Positions 59,341-64,000 of a stretch of DNA of 64,000 nt are shown here, piece after piece. Origin of the DNA: an uncultured Acidobacteriota bacterium (GTDB lineage Bacteria; Acidobacteriota; Thermoanaerobaculia; Gp7-AA8); assembly GCA_963741955.1 (NCBI GenBank), contig CAVUKB010000005.1, positions 608,001-672,000 of the forward strand. The letters run 5' to 3'. A program made the translations under genes and the position numbers. The stretch's first letter is position 1. Each line of letters starts with the position of its first letter. The notes beneath the pieces were generated by a model, which worked only from the letters and a program-made list of their open reading frames with translations, was not told where the DNA came from and ran no database searches.

Positions 59341-62336
59341 GGCACGCGACCTCACTCTTTCTCCTTCTTTTCGCCGCCTCTCTTCAGGGCGCAGTGGTCG
59401 ACGCTTTCGACTCGGTCGCCGCCTGGTCGGCTCACCCTTCCGACGGCGTGGAGCTCCACATCAGCCGTGACCCGGCAGGACATCACGGCTCTGCGATGCG
59501 GCTCGACTTCGACTTCCACAATCACGCCGGCTACGCCATCGCGCGGAGGAAGCTCGACATCGATCTTCCGCCGAACTTCGAGTTTCGCTGGTGGGTGCGC
59601 GCCGAGGCTCCGGTGAACGATCTCGAGTTCAAGCTGATCGACGCGAGCGGAGACAACGTGTGGTGGCTCGACCGGCGCAATTTCACGTATCCGAAAGAGT
59701 GGACGGAGCTCGTGACGCGCAAACGGCAGATCTCCTTCGCGTGGGGACCGCTCGGCGGAGGCGAGCCTCACCACATCGCGTCGATCGAGATCGTGGTGAC
59801 TGCCGGAACCGGAGGGAAAGGGACGGTCTGGATCGACGACCTGACTCTCGACGAGCTCCCTCCCGCGAAGAGCGGTCCCGTCACCCGCGGTCCCTGGCAG
59901 GCGCCCGCCGGACCGCAGCAATGGATCGTCGACCTCGGCGAGACGCGCGAGATCGGCGCGATGCAGATCGCGTGGGATCCGGCGCGGCTGGGACGTGATT
60001 TCTCCGTCGCGATCTCGCGCGACGGGACGAACTACGAGACGGTCCGCGAGGTCGCCGACAACCGGCACACCGACGAGCTGCTCGCCCTTCCCGACCGCGA
60101 CGCGCGGTTCGTCCGTCTCTCGTTCAGAAGGAGCGCAGGCGGAAAAGGATACGCGATCCGATCACTGACACTGCAGCCGCCGGGATGGGCGGAGACGCCG
60201 AATGATCTCTTCTCCCGCGTCGCTGCCTCTGCGCCGCGCGGCTCCTATCCCCGCTACCTCGCCGGCGAGCAGCCGTACTGGACGGTCGTCGGCGCGGACG
60301 GAGCAGACCACGAGGCGCTGGCCGGAGAGGACGGCAACGTCGAGCCATTCAAGAGTGGCTTCTCGATCGAGCCGTTCCTCTTCGACGGACGGCTGATCAC
60401 GTGGAGCGACGTTTCGATCGAGCACTCGCTCGAGGAGGGCGATCTCCCGATTCCGTCGGCGGGGTGGAAGAGCGACCGCGGGATCGAGCTCGTCGTCACG
60501 TCCGGCGTCACCAGCACCTCGATGCTCCTTCTCCGCTATCGGGTCCGAAGCACAGCCGCTCGAGACCTGACCCTCTTCCTGACCGTGAGGCCGTTCCAGG
60601 TGAATCCGTCGACGCAGTTCCTCAACATCACCGGAGGGGTCTCGCCGATCCGCACGATCGGCTTCGACGGACGCGTGGTGACGGTCGAGCCGCCAGATCG
60701 AACGTCTCCCCCGCGATGGCGGATCGAACCGATGACGAAGCCATCCGCGTTCGGCGCAGCGACGTACGACCAGGGGGGCGTGATCGCGTTTCTTCGGGAC
60801 GGACGGGTTCCGCCGACGGCGACCATCACGGATCCTCAGAACTTCGCGTCCGGCGCGCTCGCATATCCGCTTCGTCTTCGCGCTCGTGAGTGGCAGGAGG
60901 TCGATCTCGCCGTTCCCCTCTCCCGGAACGCGCTCCCCGTCTCGAATTTCGATCAGGCATTCGCGACGATCGCCGCCAGCTGGCGGGAGAAACTTCATCG
61001 CGTCGCGATCGAGATTCCGGGGGCTCCCGCGATCGCCGACACGATCCGGAGCAATCTCGCATGGACTCTCATCGACCGCGACGGCGCGGCGATCGAACCG
61101 GGATCGCGATCCTACGACCGCGCCTGGATCCGTGACGGCGCACTGATCTCCGCCGAACTGTTGCGGCTCGGGCACGACGTCGAGGCGAAGGAGTTCGCGG
61201 AATGGTTCGCGCCGTACCAATTCCCGAACGGCAAGGTCCCGTGCTGCGTCGATGTCCGCGGAGCCGACCCGGTTCCGGAGAACGACAGTCACGGAGAGCT
61301 GATCTTCCTGGTCGCGGAGATCTGGCGCTACACCGGAGATGCGGAGTTCGTCCGCCGCCTCTGGCCACACGTCGATGCAGCAGCGAGCTACATCCAGACT
61401 CTCCGCGCCGCGAACCACGGTGAGTTCGAAGGACTGGTCACCGAATCGATCAGTCACGAAGGGTATTCGGCGAAACCGGTGCATTCGTACTGGGACGATT
61501 CCTTCGCGCTGAAGGGACTCCACGACGCTGCGCAGCTCGCCGGCGTCCTCGGGTTCGACCAGAGGAAGCGCGAGCTCGAAGGCGATGCCGCATCGCTGCA
61601 GCGCGATCTCCTCGCGTCGATGCTCCGCACCATCGATCAGCATCACCTCGACTATCTCCCCGCCTCCGCGGAGCTCGGCGATCTCGACCCCTCGGCGACC
61701 GCGATCGCGATCTCTCCGCTCGGCATTCTCGACTGGCTGCCGGAGCCGCATCTCCGCCGCACGTTCGATCACTACTTCGCCTCACTCGAAAAACCTCGCG
61801 ACCTCTACACACCGTACGAGATGCGCATCATCGGTGCGCTGATCCGGATGGGAGAGAAGAAACGCGCGCTCTCACTCGTCGACCGGTTTCTCGCCGACCG
61901 CCGCCCCGCAGGGTGGAACGAGTGGGCCGAGGTCGTGGTGCGCGATCCGCGGAAGCCGCAGTTCCTCGGAGACATGCCGCACGCCTGGATCGCTTCGGAT
62001 TTCATTCGGTCCATCCTCGACGCATTTGCGTACGACCGTGACGACGGGACGCTCGTCGTCGGCGCCGGCGTGCCGCGTTCGTGGATCGGTCGAGGGACGC
62101 TCCACGTCGGACCGCTTCCGACCTGGCACGGCCCGATCGACATCCGGATGACGGCCCCGGCAGGCGATCGCATCGTGGTGGAGCTCTCCGGAACCGCGTC
62201 ACCGAAGGCGATCGTCGTCCATTCTCCCGACGAGCGGCCGCTCCGCCGCTCGGTAGTGGATGGTACCGAAGTCCCTCACCCGAACGACACCGTCACCATC
62301 ACTCAGCTCCCTGCAGCGATCACATTCGAGTACTGA
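59337..62336 (+). CDS. Secreted CBM/discoidin (F5/8) + six-hairpin glycosidase-like protein
   Basis: Signal peptide, CBM-like N-domain, WIVDLG..ARFVRL discoidin, PGSRSYDRAWIRDG, HSYWDD, MPHAW. Confidence 0.8.
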   Translation: MRHATSLFLLLFAASLQGAVVDAFDSVAAWSAHPSDGVELHISRDPAGHHGSAMRLDFDFHNHAGYAIARRKLDIDLPPNFEFRWWVRAEAPVNDLEFKLIDASGDNVWWLDRRNFTYPKEWTELVTRKRQISFAWGPLGGGEPHHIASIEIVVTAGTGGKGTVWIDDLTLDELPPAKSGPVTRGPWQAPAGPQQWIVDLGETREIGAMQIAWDPARLGRDFSVAISRDGTNYETVREVADNRHTDELLALPDRDARFVRLSFRRSAGGKGYAIRSLTLQPPGWAETPNDLFSRVAASAPRGSYPRYLAGEQPYWTVVGADGADHEALAGEDGNVEPFKSGFSIEPFLFDGRLITWSDVSIEHSLEEGDLPIPSAGWKSDRGIELVVTSGVTSTSMLLLRYRVRSTAARDLTLFLTVRPFQVNPSTQFLNITGGVSPIRTIGFDGRVVTVEPPDRTSPPRWRIEPMTKPSAFGAATYDQGGVIAFLRDGRVPPTATITDPQNFASGALAYPLRLRAREWQEVDLAVPLSRNALPVSNFDQAFATIAASWREKLHRVAIEIPGAPAIADTIRSNLAWTLIDRDGAAIEPGSRSYDRAWIRDGALISAELLRLGHDVEAKEFAEWFAPYQFPNGKVPCCVDVRGADPVPENDSHGELIFLVAEIWRYTGDAEFVRRLWPHVDAAASYIQTLRAANHGEFEGLVTESISHEGYSAKPVHSYWDDSFALKGLHDAAQLAGVLGFDQRKRELEGDAASLQRDLLASMLRTIDQHHLDYLPASAELGDLDPSATAIAISPLGILDWLPEPHLRRTFDHYFASLEKPRDLYTPYEMRIIGALIRMGEKKRALSLVDRFLADRRPAGWNEWAEVVVRDPRKPQFLGDMPHAWIASDFIRSILDAFAYDRDDGTLVVGAGVPRSWIGRGTLHVGPLPTWHGPIDIRMTAPAGDRIVVELSGTASPKAIVVHSPDERPLRRSVVDGTEVPHPNDTVTITQLPAAITFEY

Positions 62337-62369
62337 GGCCGCGTCGGACCGACGGCATCCCGGAGGAGC

Positions 62370-63464
62370 GCCGGCATCCCCAGGAGCGCCGGCATCCCTG
62401 CCGGCTCGTGACGAGCGCCCCGTGCTCGTCACCTTCTTCGCACGATCCTCCGACGCAAGAATCCCAGCACTCCCGAGATCCTCGCGGTCAGGCGCAGAGG
62501 CCTGACCGCAGCCGGCTTGAGGCCGGCATCCCCAGGAGCGCCGGCATCCCTGCCGGCTCGTGACGAGCATCCCGTGCTCGTCACTTCATTTCGCGCACGA
62601 TCCTCCGACGCAAGAATCCCAGCACTCCCGAGATCCTCGCGGTCAGGCGCAGAGGCCTGACCGCAGCCGGCTTGAAGCCGGCATCCCCAGGAGCGCCGGC
62701 ATCCCTGCCGGCTCGTGACGAGCATCCCGTGCTCGTCACTTCATTTCGCGCACGATCCTCCGACGCAAGACTCCTCAGCACTCCCGAGATCCTCGCGGTC
62801 AGGCGCAGAGGCCTGACCGCAGCCGGCTTGAAGCCGGCGCCCCCAGGAGCGCCGGCATCCCTGCCGGCTCGTGACGAGCATCCCGTGCTCGTCACTTCAT
62901 TTCGCGCACGATCCTCCGACGCAAGAATCCCAGCACTCCCGAGATCCTCGCGGTCAGGCGCAGAGGCCTGACCGCAGCCGGCTTGAAGCCGGCATCCCCA
63001 GGAGCGCCGGCATCCCTGCCGGCTCGTGACGAGCATCCCGTGCTCGTCACTTCATTTCGCGCACGATCCTCCGACGCAAGAATCCCAGCACTCCCGAGAT
63101 CCTCGCGGTCAGGCGCAGAGGCCTGACCGCAGCCGGCTTGAAGCCGGCGCCCCCAGGAGCGCCGGCATCCCTGCCGGCTCGTGACGAGCATCCCGTGCTC
63201 GTCACTTCATTTCGCACACGATCCTCCGACGCAAGAATCCCAGCACTCCCGAGATCCCTCGCGGTCAGGCGCAGAGGCCTGACCGCAGCCGGCTTGAGGC
63301 CGGCATCCCCAGGAGCGCCGGCATCCCTGCCGGCTCGTGACGAGCATCCCGTGCTCGTCACTTCATTTCGCGCACGATCCTCCGACGCAAGAATCCCAGC
63401 ACTCCCGAGATCCTCGCGGTCAGGCGCAGAGGCCTGACCGCAGCCGGCTTGAAGCCGGCGCCCC
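62370..63464. repeat. Tandem array of 7 near-identical ~155-bp REP/BIME-like units
   Basis: Unit starts at 62370, 62522, 62677, 62833, 62988, 63143 and 63299, with a partial unit at 63454. Confidence 0.95.
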
Positions 63465-63503
63465 TCCGCTTCATTCCGACCTATGCGATCATAGGCGCCG
63501 GCC

Positions 63504-64000
63504 ATGGCATCACTGCAATTCACGATCGACGAGCTGGGTCGCCTCAGCGAGTCGGAGGCGTGGCGACGCGACTCCGATCACGGCATGCGCCGGACGCTGC
63601 GATGGATGCTGCGCGCTTTCCTCGGGATCTCATTCCTCGAAGTGATCGCAACGTCCCAGCACGGAGCGAGCTATCCAGCCGGCGTCGTCATCGCCGTGGT
63701 GAATCTCCTGGTGGTCCTGCCACTCGTCCTGTCGTTCCGGGTCTGGGACGATCCGAACGGCTTCAGCTCCCACCTCCCCGGAATCACTCCGCTGTCCCGT
63801 TTCGTTCAGCGCCAGATCCGAGCGGTCGCTCTCGTCTACATCGTCCTCCAGCTCTGGATCGTGCTTTCCCTCACTCCCGGGCTCGAGTCGTGGTCGCCGT
63901 GGCTGACCCTCTTCCCCTTTTTCCCGGTGCTGTTCCGTTTCACCCCGGCGGAGCGATTCGCCGTGCACACGATCTTCATCCTGACCGGCGTTGCGGCGTG
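63504..64000 (+). CDS. Multi-pass membrane protein, partial (runs off the window)
   Basis: Open frame MASLQFTIDELGRL... with several hydrophobic helices. Confidence 0.65.
   Translation, partial: MASLQFTIDELGRLSESEAWRRDSDHGMRRTLRWMLRAFLGISFLEVIATSQHGASYPAGVVIAVVNLLVVLPLVLSFRVWDDPNGFSSHLPGITPLSRFVQRQIRAVALVYIVLQLWIVLSLTPGLESWSPWLTLFPFFPVLFRFTPAERFAVHTIFILTGVAA

Noticed and set aside
62370-63464. CRISPR array
   Set aside because: Units are identical along their whole ~155 bp with no unique spacers, and there are no cas genes in the window.
62199-63523. Repeated ORFs (MLVTSRQGC..., MKPASPG...) in the tandem array
   Set aside because: The unit length is mostly not a multiple of 3, frames shift between copies, and there is no RBS; these are repeat artefacts.

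Overview
GC-rich bacterial chromosome window. Gene content and intergenic repeat style suggest Acidobacteriota, probably Thermoanaerobaculia-like (inference). Bases 1-8.4 kb are the decayed right end of a genomic island integrated at tRNA-Glu. It holds a type I R-M locus broken by an ISL3-associated deletion (hsdM intact, hsdS and hsdR truncated), an unusual two-ORF IS701-like element flanked by a duplicated 24-bp hairpin, and back-to-back truncated radC and tyrosine integrase. Core genes follow: tRNA-Lys/Glu, PGM, rimP-nusA-infB-DUF503-rbfA-nrnA-truB-rpsO-pnp, rluD, nupC-PNP-DUF190-fluC, IS1380, ftsEX, hemL, a MacAB-like ABC exporter, WcaJ/GT4, DUF4388-FHA, a CocE hydrolase and a radical SAM enzyme. 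A LacI-controlled beta-glucan utilisation locus comes next (GH1, TonB receptor, GH144-like, ABC transporter, uncharacterised discoidin/six-hairpin enzyme). The window ends in a 7 x ~155-bp, four-hairpin tandem array. Intergenic regions are rich in 7/8-mer tandem repeats, REP-like elements and orphan IS1380-type ends. The best novelty candidates are the AbrB-like + A9-slippage IS with a hairpin target duplication and the structured tandem array.
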